A stretch of DNA of 57,057 nucleotides, from positions 15,868 through 72,924 of the forward strand of contig CAZQUP010000004.1 of the NCBI GenBank assembly GCA_964596545.1, written 5' to 3'. Below the pieces are notes generated by a model that saw only the letters and a program-made list of their open reading frames with translations, searched no databases and had not been told where the DNA came from. Each line of letters begins with the position of its first letter. Position 1 is the stretch's first letter. The stretch comes from an uncultured Desulfatibacillum sp. Its GTDB lineage: Bacteria; Desulfobacterota; Desulfobacteria; Desulfobacterales; SpSt-501. Below, one piece after another: positions 36,401 to 44,130 of the stretch. A program made the position numbers and the translations under genes.

Positions 36401-36536
36401 ACATGACCCCCCCGATGGAGGGCCCTTTTTCGACGAGGTAGACGTAGTATCCCGCGTCGGCGAGATCGAGCGCCGCTTGCATGCCGGCGATACCGCCGCC
36501 GACCACCATGGCCGAACCGATGACTTCTTGAGGCAT
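33492..36536 (-). CDS. hdrA: large tandem HdrA-like flavoprotein (heterodisulfide reductase subunit A family) containing selenocysteine (UGA at 36359..36357)
   Basis: Track ORF 33492..36320 joins in frame, through the TGA, to 59 upstream codons: '[59 protein letters not shown]'. The ATG at 36536 follows AAGGAGG. Ferredoxin motifs include '[12 protein letters not shown]', 'CGACKKICP', '[12 protein letters not shown]' and '[11 protein letters not shown]'. A second FAD module begins '[27 protein letters not shown]'. Confidence 0.88.
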
Positions 36537-36663
36537 TTTCGCTCTTCCCTCCTTGTCGGGAAAACCGCCCCTGGACCGATGCGGGGGGGCAACCTTCGGG
36601 ATCCGATCCCTTCATCCCCGGGCGGACGAGGAGCCGCCGGCGGATAGAGACGACAAGAGGACT

Positions 36664-36692
36664 TCTCTACGCGGAGCAATCGGGAATGTCAA
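36664..36692 (-). promoter_or_regulatory. candidate promoter TTGACA-N17-TAGAGA for the hdrA operon
   Basis: Perfect -35 hexamer read on the minus strand, about 120 nt upstream of the hdrA ATG. Confidence 0.3.
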
Positions 36693-36741
36693 TAGAGATC
36701 GGAGGGTTCCTCGGCCGTTGAGGAGCGGCCACCCCCGTGTT

Positions 36742-37758
36742 ATGGAGGCAAAAGACGCCATGCCCACCTCCGCCATGCCCCCCCCCGCGCCCGGGTGCGA
36801 CTCCCGTCGCGCAACGCCTTTCGTGATCGTCCTCTGCGGCCCGACGGCGGCGGGAAAGACCACGGTCGGCATCCGTCTCGCCCGCGAGCTGGACGGCGAG
36901 ATCGTCAGCGCGGACGCCTTGCAGGTCTATCGCCGCATGGATATCGGGACCGCCAAGCCGACCGCGGCGGAGCGGGCGCTCGTGCCCCACCACCTGATCG
37001 ATGTCGTCGAGCCCGACCAGCCCTTCGACGCCGCCCGCTATGTCGCTCTCGCCCGGCCGGCCGTAGAGGATATCCTGCGGCGCGGCAAGGTCCCTTTGGT
37101 CGTGGGGGGAACGGGGCTCTACATCCGGGCGCTCCTCCACGGGCTCTTCCCCGCGCCCGCGGTCGACCCGACGGTGCGCGTGCGGCTGGCGGCCGAGCTC
37201 ACGGCCCGGGGGGTGGAGGCGATGCACGCGCGGCTCGCGCAATGCGACCCCGAGGCCGCCCGCCGCCTCCATCCCCGCGACAGCGCGCGCATCCTGCGCG
37301 CCCTGGAGGTCTTCGCGGCGACCGGGCGGCCGATCTCCGCCCTCCAGCGGGCCCACCGCTTCGCCGACTCCCCTTACGTCTCTCGGATTCTCGGGCTGCG
37401 GCTCGAGCGGTCGGTCCTTTACGCCCGCATCGACCGTCGGGTCGAGGAGATGCTGGCCGCGGGGCTCGAGGAGGAGGTTCGCGGGCTGCTTGCCGCCGGC
37501 TTCTCCCCCGCCCTCAAGGCGATGCAGGCGCTCGGCTACCGCCACATCGCTGCCTGGCTGGAGGGGAGCCTCTCCCGCGAGGAGGCCGTGCGCACGATGA
37601 AGCGCGACACGCGGCGCTACGCCAAGCGCCAGATGACCTGGTTTCGCGCCACCCCCGGGATCCGCTGGTTTTCCCCCGAGGATCCTCCCGCGATCCTCGC
37701 CGCCTGCCGGGACTTCCTCGCCTGCGTCCGGGCGAACCGGCCGGGAGCGGAGGCCTAA
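36742..37758 (+). CDS. miaA: tRNA dimethylallyltransferase
   Basis: 'VLCGPTAAGKT', 'EIVSADALQVYRRMDIGTAKPT..E....PHHLID', 'GGTGLY'. The start is ambiguous (36742, 36760 or 36775). Confidence 0.92.
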   Translation: MEAKDAMPTSAMPPPAPGCDSRRATPFVIVLCGPTAAGKTTVGIRLARELDGEIVSADALQVYRRMDIGTAKPTAAERALVPHHLIDVVEPDQPFDAARYVALARPAVEDILRRGKVPLVVGGTGLYIRALLHGLFPAPAVDPTVRVRLAAELTARGVEAMHARLAQCDPEAARRLHPRDSARILRALEVFAATGRPISALQRAHRFADSPYVSRILGLRLERSVLYARIDRRVEEMLAAGLEEEVRGLLAAGFSPALKAMQALGYRHIAAWLEGSLSREEAVRTMKRDTRRYAKRQMTWFRATPGIRWFSPEDPPAILAACRDFLACVRANRPGAEA

Positions 37759-39068
37759 TCGAGGAGCAGCCTCCCCTCCCCGTCGAAGGAAAGCGGGGCC
37801 GCCTCCAGGATTTCGGCGTGCGGCAACGCGGCGAGCTCGGCGGCGAGCGCCGCACTCGCCCGCCACTCGCCGAGATGCAGGGTGTCGCGCAGGATCACGG
37901 CACGCACGTCCTCGGGCGGGACCGGGCCGAGGGTGGTGAAGCAAGCCTGGATCGCCTTGCGGTCGTCGGGCAGGCGCACGGGAAGGAAGGCTTTGCGCAA
38001 CGAAAGGCTGGTCAGCGCGTTCATGACCGTCGCCTCGTAGTCCATGGCGCGGAAGACGGCCTCGGTGATGAAGTCGGCGTTGCCCAGGCCGATCGCGTTT
38101 CCCCCCGTCGCGGGCGAAAGCCCGAGGACGGCGATCCGGGTGACGCGCAGGATATCCGAAAAATCGCTTTCCATGAGGTCGAAGGCCCGGCCGGTGACGT
38201 TCGGGTCCATCCCCGCGCCGCTGAGGTCTTTGCCGATCCGGCCGATCACGAGCACATCGAGGGTGCGGAAGGGAAGGCGGGGGATGAGCTCGTTGGCGAG
38301 CGCGTTCAGTCGCGCTTCCTCCCCGAGCAGCCGCGCGGCGAAGACGGCCTCGATCCGGGTCGGCTCGTCGTAGGCGTCCTCGACCACGGCGATGCCGAAG
38401 CGGAAGTTGGCGGCCTGGGCGAGCGCCGTTCCCATCTCGCGAAGCAGCGGGAAAAAGCCGTGTTTCATTGCGAAGCGGTGGAAGGCGAGCGCCCCCTCGT
38501 GCTTGCCCAGCCCGACGCAGAGCATCTTGAGGATACCCGACTCGGCCGGCCCGCGGAACTTGGTGTGGGGCTTGATGCGGTTGAGCGCGATCGCGTGGTC
38601 GAGCGCGAGGGCATCCTCGCTGTAGTAGAGGGGGACTTCCCCGAAAACGGTCCCGACTTGCCGCACGGCAAGCGAGGAGACGACCGGCGCCCCGCAGGAC
38701 TCCTCGCTCACGCCCAAGCGCCGGAGCACCGCCGTTTGCCCTTCCGCCGTCGCTCCGCCGTGACTGCCCATGGCGGGCAGAATCACCGGCTGCGCCCCCT
38801 GTTCCCGCAGCACGCGGCAGATCTCCCGGACGAAAGCGGGCAAATGGCGGATCCCTCGGCTGCCGACCCCGATCCCCACCCGGTCCCCGGAACGGATGCC
38901 GGCTTCCGGCAGCGCTTCCCGCAGCACCCGGCGAAGCTCGCCCACGGGGTCGGGGAGCCCCCGGTGCGGGAAGTGCATGCGCACGCGGTGAAATAGCGGA
39001 AAAACGAAATCGTTCTCGATGAAGGGCGGATAGCGCATGAGCGGTCGTCCTGTCGCGGTCGTCGGCAC
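37755..39068 (-). CDS. LarA-like (DUF2088, lactate-racemase-family) protein
   Basis: 437 aa. 'AMGSHGGATAEGQ' and 'IKPHTKFRGPAESGILKM..VGLGKHEGA' resemble the LarA 'EPH..aGfSGG.K' region. The family-level call rests on motif memory only. Confidence 0.5.
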   Translation of the reverse strand: MPTTATGRPLMRYPPFIENDFVFPLFHRVRMHFPHRGLPDPVGELRRVLREALPEAGIRSGDRVGIGVGSRGIRHLPAFVREICRVLREQGAQPVILPAMGSHGGATAEGQTAVLRRLGVSEESCGAPVVSSLAVRQVGTVFGEVPLYYSEDALALDHAIALNRIKPHTKFRGPAESGILKMLCVGLGKHEGALAFHRFAMKHGFFPLLREMGTALAQAANFRFGIAVVEDAYDEPTRIEAVFAARLLGEEARLNALANELIPRLPFRTLDVLVIGRIGKDLSGAGMDPNVTGRAFDLMESDFSDILRVTRIAVLGLSPATGGNAIGLGNADFITEAVFRAMDYEATVMNALTSLSLRKAFLPVRLPDDRKAIQACFTTLGPVPPEDVRAVILRDTLHLGEWRASAALAAELAALPHAEILEAAPLSFDGEGRLLLD

Positions 39069-39083
39069 GGGGGCGGAGCCGTT

Positions 39084-39485
39084 TCAAAGCGGGGAAGACT
39101 CCTCCGTGAGCAGCCGGAGGCGGGAGACGAAGCGCTCGAATTCGGGCTCTTCGACCGGCTCCCAGGGCCGGCTCGGCAGAAACTGCAAAAAGGAGGAAGT
39201 CCCGGGAGTGAAGACCTTGCCCGACTGGATGCGCGGTGCGCTCATCCGGTACTTGAACCCCTCGCCCAGGTCGAGCCACAGCTCGAGATCCTCCCCCTCC
39301 TCGAGCAGCTCGACCAGGAGCAGCGGGCGCAGACGGCCGCGGCCCGAAAGGCTGCGGCGGCCCGCGCGGCCCTCGGCTACCTCGAGCACGGCCTCCTCGA
39401 GGGGAACGCCCACCGGTTGGGAGGCGCGCACGAGAAAGGCGCGCGCGATCGCATAGCGGCCTTCAGCGAAAGGAATCCAGTCCAT
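39084..39485 (-). CDS. hypothetical protein
   Basis: 133 aa from the internal ATG (MDWIPFAEGRY...). It lies 15 nt upstream of the LarA-like gene on the same strand. I recognise no motif. Confidence 0.4.
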   Translation of the reverse strand: MDWIPFAEGRYAIARAFLVRASQPVGVPLEEAVLEVAEGRAGRRSLSGRGRLRPLLLVELLEEGEDLELWLDLGEGFKYRMSAPRIQSGKVFTPGTSSFLQFLPSRPWEPVEEPEFERFVSRLRLLTEESSPL

Positions 39486-39493
39486 GGCGCGTC

Positions 39494-39673
39494 CCTCCCT
39501 GGAAACGGGCGCCCACGGGGACGCCCGTCGGGCATTGTCGTTCTTGTAAGCCGAGTTGCGCCCCCGGATCAAGCGGGCGCCCCCCCTTGCGGAGCAACCG
39601 CCTTCGCTGATAGATTTTTCAAACGGCCCGCGGAGCCGGGAAGCGTCCGCGGAACTTCACGGCCCAGGGGAGG
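39494..39673 (+). promoter_or_regulatory. structured 5' leader of the AOR gene with an SD-sequestering long-range helix (riboswitch candidate)
   Basis: CCTCCCTGG (39494-39502) can pair with CCAGGGGAGG (39664-39673, the SD) with one bulge. Three internal perfect hairpins: ACGGGCG/CGCCCGT (39505-39528), GCGCCC/GGGCGC (39558-39580) and CCGCGGA/TCCGCGG (39628-39652). Confidence 0.3.
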
Positions 39674-39679
39674 TGCTTC

Positions 39680-41509
39680 ATGTACGGCTGGTGCGGCAAG
39701 GTGCTGCGGGTGGACCTCACGCGCGGGCGGATCACGCCCGAGGCCCTCGACCCCGGGACCGCCCGCGGCTGGATCGGCGGGCGGGGCTTCGGTATCCACT
39801 TCCTGCGGAAGGAGGTCCCGCCGGGGTGCGACCCCTTCGGTCCCGAGAACAAGGTGGTGATGGCCACCGGCCCGCTCACCGGGACGGCGGCGCCGACGGG
39901 GGCCCGTTATGTGGTCACGACCCGCTCGCCGCTCACGGGGGCGATCACCTGCTCCAACTCCGGCGGCTATTTCCCGGCGGAGCTCAAAAAAAGCGGCTGG
40001 GACGCCCTGATCGTCGAGGGCGTCTCCCCCGAACCGGTCTACGTTTGGATCGACGGGGAACGGGCCGAGCTGCGGCCCGCCGGGCGCTTCTGGGGGAAGA
40101 CCACCCACGAGACCGACGATCTGCTGCGGGCGGAAACCCATGCCGAAGCCCGAACCGCGGTCATCGGGCCGGCGGGCGAGCGCCGCGTGCGCTTCGCCGC
40201 GATCATGAACGACCGCGACCGCGCCGCCGGCCGCGCCGGGGTGGGCGCCGTGCTGGGCGCGAAGAACCTGAAAGGGATCGCCGTGCGCGGGGAGCGCGAG
40301 GTCGCGCTCGCCGACCCGGCGGCGTTCAAGGCCGCAAACGCCGAGTACCGCGGCCGTTTCAAGGAAAAGACCCGCGACAACCCACCGCCGCTGCGCCTCC
40401 ACGGGACGGCGATCACCGTCGTCGGCACCCAGAGCCATGGGGTCTTTCCGACGCGCAATTTCCGCGAGGGCCAGTTCGAGGGCTGGGAGGCGATCTACGG
40501 GGAAACGCTTTCCCGTCGCTTCCTCGTCCGCCCCAAGGCCTGCTTCAGCTGCCCCATCGCCTGCGGCCGCGTGACCCGCGTTCCGGAGGGTCCTTTTCAG
40601 GGCGAGGGCGAGGGGCCGGAGTACGAAACGGTCTATGCGCTCGGTTCGAACTGCGGCGTGGACGACCTCGCCGCCCTCACCAAGGCGAACTACCTCTGCA
40701 ACGAGCTCGGTCTGGACACGATCAGCATGGGCGGGGCGATCGCCTGCGCCATGGAGCTCTTCGAACGCGGCCTGCTGCCGGAGGCCGAGGCGGGGATGCC
40801 GCTGCGCTGGGGCGACGGGGCCGCGCTCGTCGAGCTGACGCGCCGCACGGGGCTGCGCGAGGGGTTCGGCGACCGGCTCGCCGAGGGCAGTCTGCGGCTG
40901 GCCGCCCGCTACGGGGCGCCGGAGCTCGCCATGGTGGCCAAGGGGCTGGACTTCGCGGGCTACGACCCGCGCGGCGAGCAGGGCATGGGACTGGCCTACG
41001 CTACCTCGCCGATCGGCGGCTCGCACATGCGCGGGGACCCCGCTTACTTCGAGCTCCTGGGGGTCCCGGTGGCGGCGGACCCCCACAGCTGGGAGGACAA
41101 GCCGCCGCTGATCGCCAAGTGGCAGGACGTCTTCTGCGTCATCGACGCGGCCGGGCTGTGCGTTTTTTTCAGCGTGCGCTACCTCGTCGAGCCCGACCTT
41201 TGGATCCGCCCCGTCGGCATCACGGAGCTCCTGAACGGCGCCACCGGGGCCGGCTACAGCCCCGAGGAGGTGGAGCGGATCGGCGAGCGCATCTTCAACG
41301 CCGAGCGCCTCTACCTCCTCGCCTCCGGCTTCAGCGCGAAGGACGACACGCTGCCGCCGCGGATCCTGCGGGAGCCCATGCCTTCCGGCCCGGCGAAGGG
41401 CATGGTCTGCCGCCTCGAGGAGATGCTCGGCCCCTATTACCGCGTGCGCGGCTGGAGCCCCGAGGGGGTTCCGACGCGGGAAAAGCTGGCTTCCTTGGGC
41501 CTGCTCTGA
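39680..41509 (+). CDS. aor: tungsten-containing aldehyde:ferredoxin oxidoreductase
   Basis: 609 aa. N-terminal 'GW.GKVLRVDLT.G', 'GGRG', 'GPLTGT..P...RY.V..RSPLTG', and [4Fe-4S] Cys residues 'C..CPIAC'. Confidence 0.92.
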   Translation: MYGWCGKVLRVDLTRGRITPEALDPGTARGWIGGRGFGIHFLRKEVPPGCDPFGPENKVVMATGPLTGTAAPTGARYVVTTRSPLTGAITCSNSGGYFPAELKKSGWDALIVEGVSPEPVYVWIDGERAELRPAGRFWGKTTHETDDLLRAETHAEARTAVIGPAGERRVRFAAIMNDRDRAAGRAGVGAVLGAKNLKGIAVRGEREVALADPAAFKAANAEYRGRFKEKTRDNPPPLRLHGTAITVVGTQSHGVFPTRNFREGQFEGWEAIYGETLSRRFLVRPKACFSCPIACGRVTRVPEGPFQGEGEGPEYETVYALGSNCGVDDLAALTKANYLCNELGLDTISMGGAIACAMELFERGLLPEAEAGMPLRWGDGAALVELTRRTGLREGFGDRLAEGSLRLAARYGAPELAMVAKGLDFAGYDPRGEQGMGLAYATSPIGGSHMRGDPAYFELLGVPVAADPHSWEDKPPLIAKWQDVFCVIDAAGLCVFFSVRYLVEPDLWIRPVGITELLNGATGAGYSPEEVERIGERIFNAERLYLLASGFSAKDDTLPPRILREPMPSGPAKGMVCRLEEMLGPYYRVRGWSPEGVPTREKLASLGLL

Positions 41510-41532
41510 GCCCCGAGGCAAGGGGGAAGGAC

Positions 41533-41766
41533 ATGGAGGTTTGGATCCAGGCCTTCGCCAACCTCAAGGTCTACGCGCCCGGCGGCGCGGGGGAGACTCT
41601 CCTGAGCGTCCCGGAAGGAACGACGCTGCAGGAGCTGCTCGAGCGGCTGGGGATCCCCCCCACGGTCGAGGTCGTGGCCCTCGTGAACGGCAAACGCGCC
41701 GCGGCGCAGACCCCCCTCGCCTCCGGCGACCGCCTGACCCTCTTTCCGCCGATGGAGGGCGGATGA
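41533..41766 (+). CDS. MoaD/ThiS-family ubiquitin-like sulfur carrier (C-terminal Gly-Gly)
   Basis: 77 aa ending '...LTLFPPMEGG'. GGGGGAAGG SD upstream. It is hidden in the 3' end of shadow ORF 39556..41766. Confidence 0.8.
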   Translation: MEVWIQAFANLKVYAPGGAGETLLSVPEGTTLQELLERLGIPPTVEVVALVNGKRAAAQTPLASGDRLTLFPPMEGG

Positions 41767-41775
41767 AGGGCCCGG

Positions 41776-42609
41776 TCAGGCCGGAGGCGGCGTCGGAGTC
41801 TTCAGGGAGAGGATGCGACGGGCCTCGTCGGGGGTGGCCACCCCGCGGCCGAACTCGGCCGCCAGCCGCACCATCCGCTCCACGAAGCGCTCGTTGGGAG
41901 CGAGCTCCCCTTTGCGGAAATAGATGTTGTCCTCGAGGCCGACGCGCACGTGCCCGCCCATGAGCAGGGCGTGCACGTTCATCGGCAGCTGGGCGGCTCC
42001 GATCCCCGCCGCGGTCCAGGTCGACCCCGGCGGGATCGTGTTTTTCAGGTGCACGAGGTTTTCGATCGTGGCCGGGATCGCCCCCTTCAGCCCCAGGACG
42101 AAATCGAAGTGCAGCGGCGGTTCCGCAAGCCCCCGCTCGGCCAGCTCGACCGCGTTGCGGATCATGCTGACATCGAAGATCTCCATCTCCGGCTTGATGC
42201 CGTAAGCTTTCATGTCCCGGGCGAGCCGCTCGATCAGCTCGGGGGAGTTCGCGTACACGGTATCCGGGAAATTGACCGAGCCGGTGGTGAGGCTCGCCAT
42301 CTCCGGGCGCAGGGCGAGCCGGTCGGAGCGCTGCTCGTAGGCCATGCCGGCGCGGCCGCCGGTGGAGATCTGGACGATGAGCCGCGTCTTCTCCCGCAGC
42401 CCCTGGACCATGTCCTCGAAGAGGCGGAAATCGGTGGAAGGCGACTCGTCCTTCGGGTTGCGGGCGTGGACATGGATCACGGCCGCCCCGGCCTCCTCGC
42501 AGCGTACCCCGGCGGCGACGATTTCCTCGGGAGTGATCGGCACATAGGGCGTCTTGTTGCGCTTGGGCAGCGATCCGGTGACGGCCACGGTGATGACGAG
42601 CTTTTCCAT
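41776..42609 (-). CDS. BKACE-family enzyme (3-keto-5-aminohexanoate cleavage enzyme-like, DUF849)
   Basis: 'VITVAVTG......NP.VP.TPEEI', 'GAAVIHVHARN' and 'GGHVRVGLEDN'. Confidence 0.8.
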   Translation of the reverse strand: MEKLVITVAVTGSLPKRNKTPYVPITPEEIVAAGVRCEEAGAAVIHVHARNPKDESPSTDFRLFEDMVQGLREKTRLIVQISTGGRAGMAYEQRSDRLALRPEMASLTTGSVNFPDTVYANSPELIERLARDMKAYGIKPEMEIFDVSMIRNAVELAERGLAEPPLHFDFVLGLKGAIPATIENLVHLKNTIPPGSTWTAAGIGAAQLPMNVHALLMGGHVRVGLEDNIYFRKGELAPNERFVERMVRLAAEFGRGVATPDEARRILSLKTPTPPPA

Positions 42610-42842
42610 GAGTCCTCCTGGAGCCGGGTCTCGCGGTCGGCGCGGCCGCGGATGGGCGCGGACTATAGCCGCGCGCTTCCGGTCGCGTCAACCGGCGTCG
42701 CGGGGTCCGCAATTTGACAGACGCTCCGGAATCGGGCAGGCTACGCCGCTTCTATCCGAAGGGCTTCGGAGGCGAGATCCCCCGCCGGCCCGGGGAAGAG
42801 ACGAATCCGGCCGGAAAACCGCTCGGTCGAAAGGAGGAACCC

Positions 42843-44024
42843 ATGAAGAGACACGGCAAAGGGATGGCCATCGGGCTCGTGCTGGCGTTTGCGCTCTGCA
42901 GCGCCGCCGGGGCCCAGGAGACGGTCAAGATCGGGGTCGTCGGCCCGCGCACGGGCCCCGCGGCGGCGACCGGTGCGGCCTTCGATGAGGGCATCAAGCT
43001 CGCCGCCGAGTACGTGAACGGCAAGGGCGGCGTCCTCGGCAAGAAGCTCGAGGTGGCCTTCGAAGACACCGCGGGCGCCCCGGACAAGGCGGCCTCGGGC
43101 TTCGAGCGCCTGGTCACCCGCGACAAGGTCGTGATGGTCCTGGGGGAGAGCCACTCCTCCTCGGCGCTCGCCCAGATCGAGGTGGCCAACCGCATGAAGA
43201 TCCCCTTCATTGTAGTCGAGGCCTGGGCCGATGAGATCACCGCCAAGAACTACCGCTACGTCTTCCGCGCCGGTCCCTCGAACTCCGGGGTCGTCAACCA
43301 GACGATCGCCCAGTGGGTCAAGGCCGAGAACTTCAAGCGCGCCTTCGTGATCGCCGAGAACACCGACTGGGGCATCGGCATCGGGAAGTTGACCGAGAAC
43401 GCGCTCGCCAAGTCGGGCATCCCCTACGAGTCGATGATCACCGAGAGAAACAGCCAGGATCATTACGTCGAGCTGACCAAGATCAAAGCCTTCAAGCCCG
43501 ATGTGGTGCTCGCCTACATTTACGGCGTCGGCCTGCACTACTTCGTCGCCCAGGCCGGGGAAACCGGGGTGAGCCCCAAGGCGGTCGTCCTCGACGGCGC
43601 CGGTCCCCCCAGCCTGTGGCCCGACTACTGGAAAAACGTGGGCGACTACGGCGACCTCGAGTGCTTCGTCTCCTCGATGCACGAGAAGGTCGAGCTCACC
43701 CCCTTGGCGAAGTACTTCCGCGAGGCCTACACGAAGAAGTTCGGCAAAGCGCCGACCGATTACAAGTCGCGCTCCATTTTCGACGGCATCCTGATCGCCG
43801 CCGATGCGATCAACCGCGCCAAGGCGACCGACGCCGAACGGCTCGTGGAGGCGCTGGAAAAGACGAATCTCGAGACCACCCGCGGCACGGCCAAGTTCGG
43901 CCTGACCAAGGGCGGTGCCGACTATCACCAGTGGATGCCGCCGATGCTCGTCATTCAGTGGCAGAACAAGCAACAGGTCGTGCTCTACCCGGCGCAGGCG
44001 GCGACCGGGAAGTTGAAGCGATAG
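42843..44024 (+). CDS. livK: ABC transporter substrate-binding protein (branched-chain amino acid, LivK/Peripla_BP_6 type)
   Basis: Signal peptide, then 'VKIGVVGPRTGPAAATG'. AAAGGAGGAA SD upstream. Confidence 0.88.
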   Translation: MKRHGKGMAIGLVLAFALCSAAGAQETVKIGVVGPRTGPAAATGAAFDEGIKLAAEYVNGKGGVLGKKLEVAFEDTAGAPDKAASGFERLVTRDKVVMVLGESHSSSALAQIEVANRMKIPFIVVEAWADEITAKNYRYVFRAGPSNSGVVNQTIAQWVKAENFKRAFVIAENTDWGIGIGKLTENALAKSGIPYESMITERNSQDHYVELTKIKAFKPDVVLAYIYGVGLHYFVAQAGETGVSPKAVVLDGAGPPSLWPDYWKNVGDYGDLECFVSSMHEKVELTPLAKYFREAYTKKFGKAPTDYKSRSIFDGILIAADAINRAKATDAERLVEALEKTNLETTRGTAKFGLTKGGADYHQWMPPMLVIQWQNKQQVVLYPAQAATGKLKR

Positions 44025-44130
44025 TCCCGCTGCCGCAAGGCCGGATCGGGGCGGGGCGGACCCGGAACCGGGGCGCCCCGGCCCCCGAACCGGTGAGCGC
44101 ACGGGGGTTCTTGAGGAAGGAGTCCCGCCC

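Noticed and set aside
33555-36647. 1030-aa plus-strand ORF, together with similar giants: 8028..10277 (749 aa), 36667..39279 (870 aa), 36795..38996 (733 aa), 47281..49632 (783 aa), 52678..54666 (662 aa), 55008..56693 (561 aa), 8405..10468 (687 aa) and 39569..41521 (650 aa).
   Set aside because: All lie antisense or out of frame to genes with unambiguous domain signatures (hdrA, MFS, LarA-like, kinase, rnf, aor). Their translations are Arg/Gly/Pro/Ala/Asp-rich low-complexity strings without motifs. These are shadow ORFs, expected in high-GC DNA where stop codons are rare.
42714-42719. Perfect TTGACA upstream of livK.
   Set aside because: No acceptable -10 hexamer occurs at 16-19-nt spacing.
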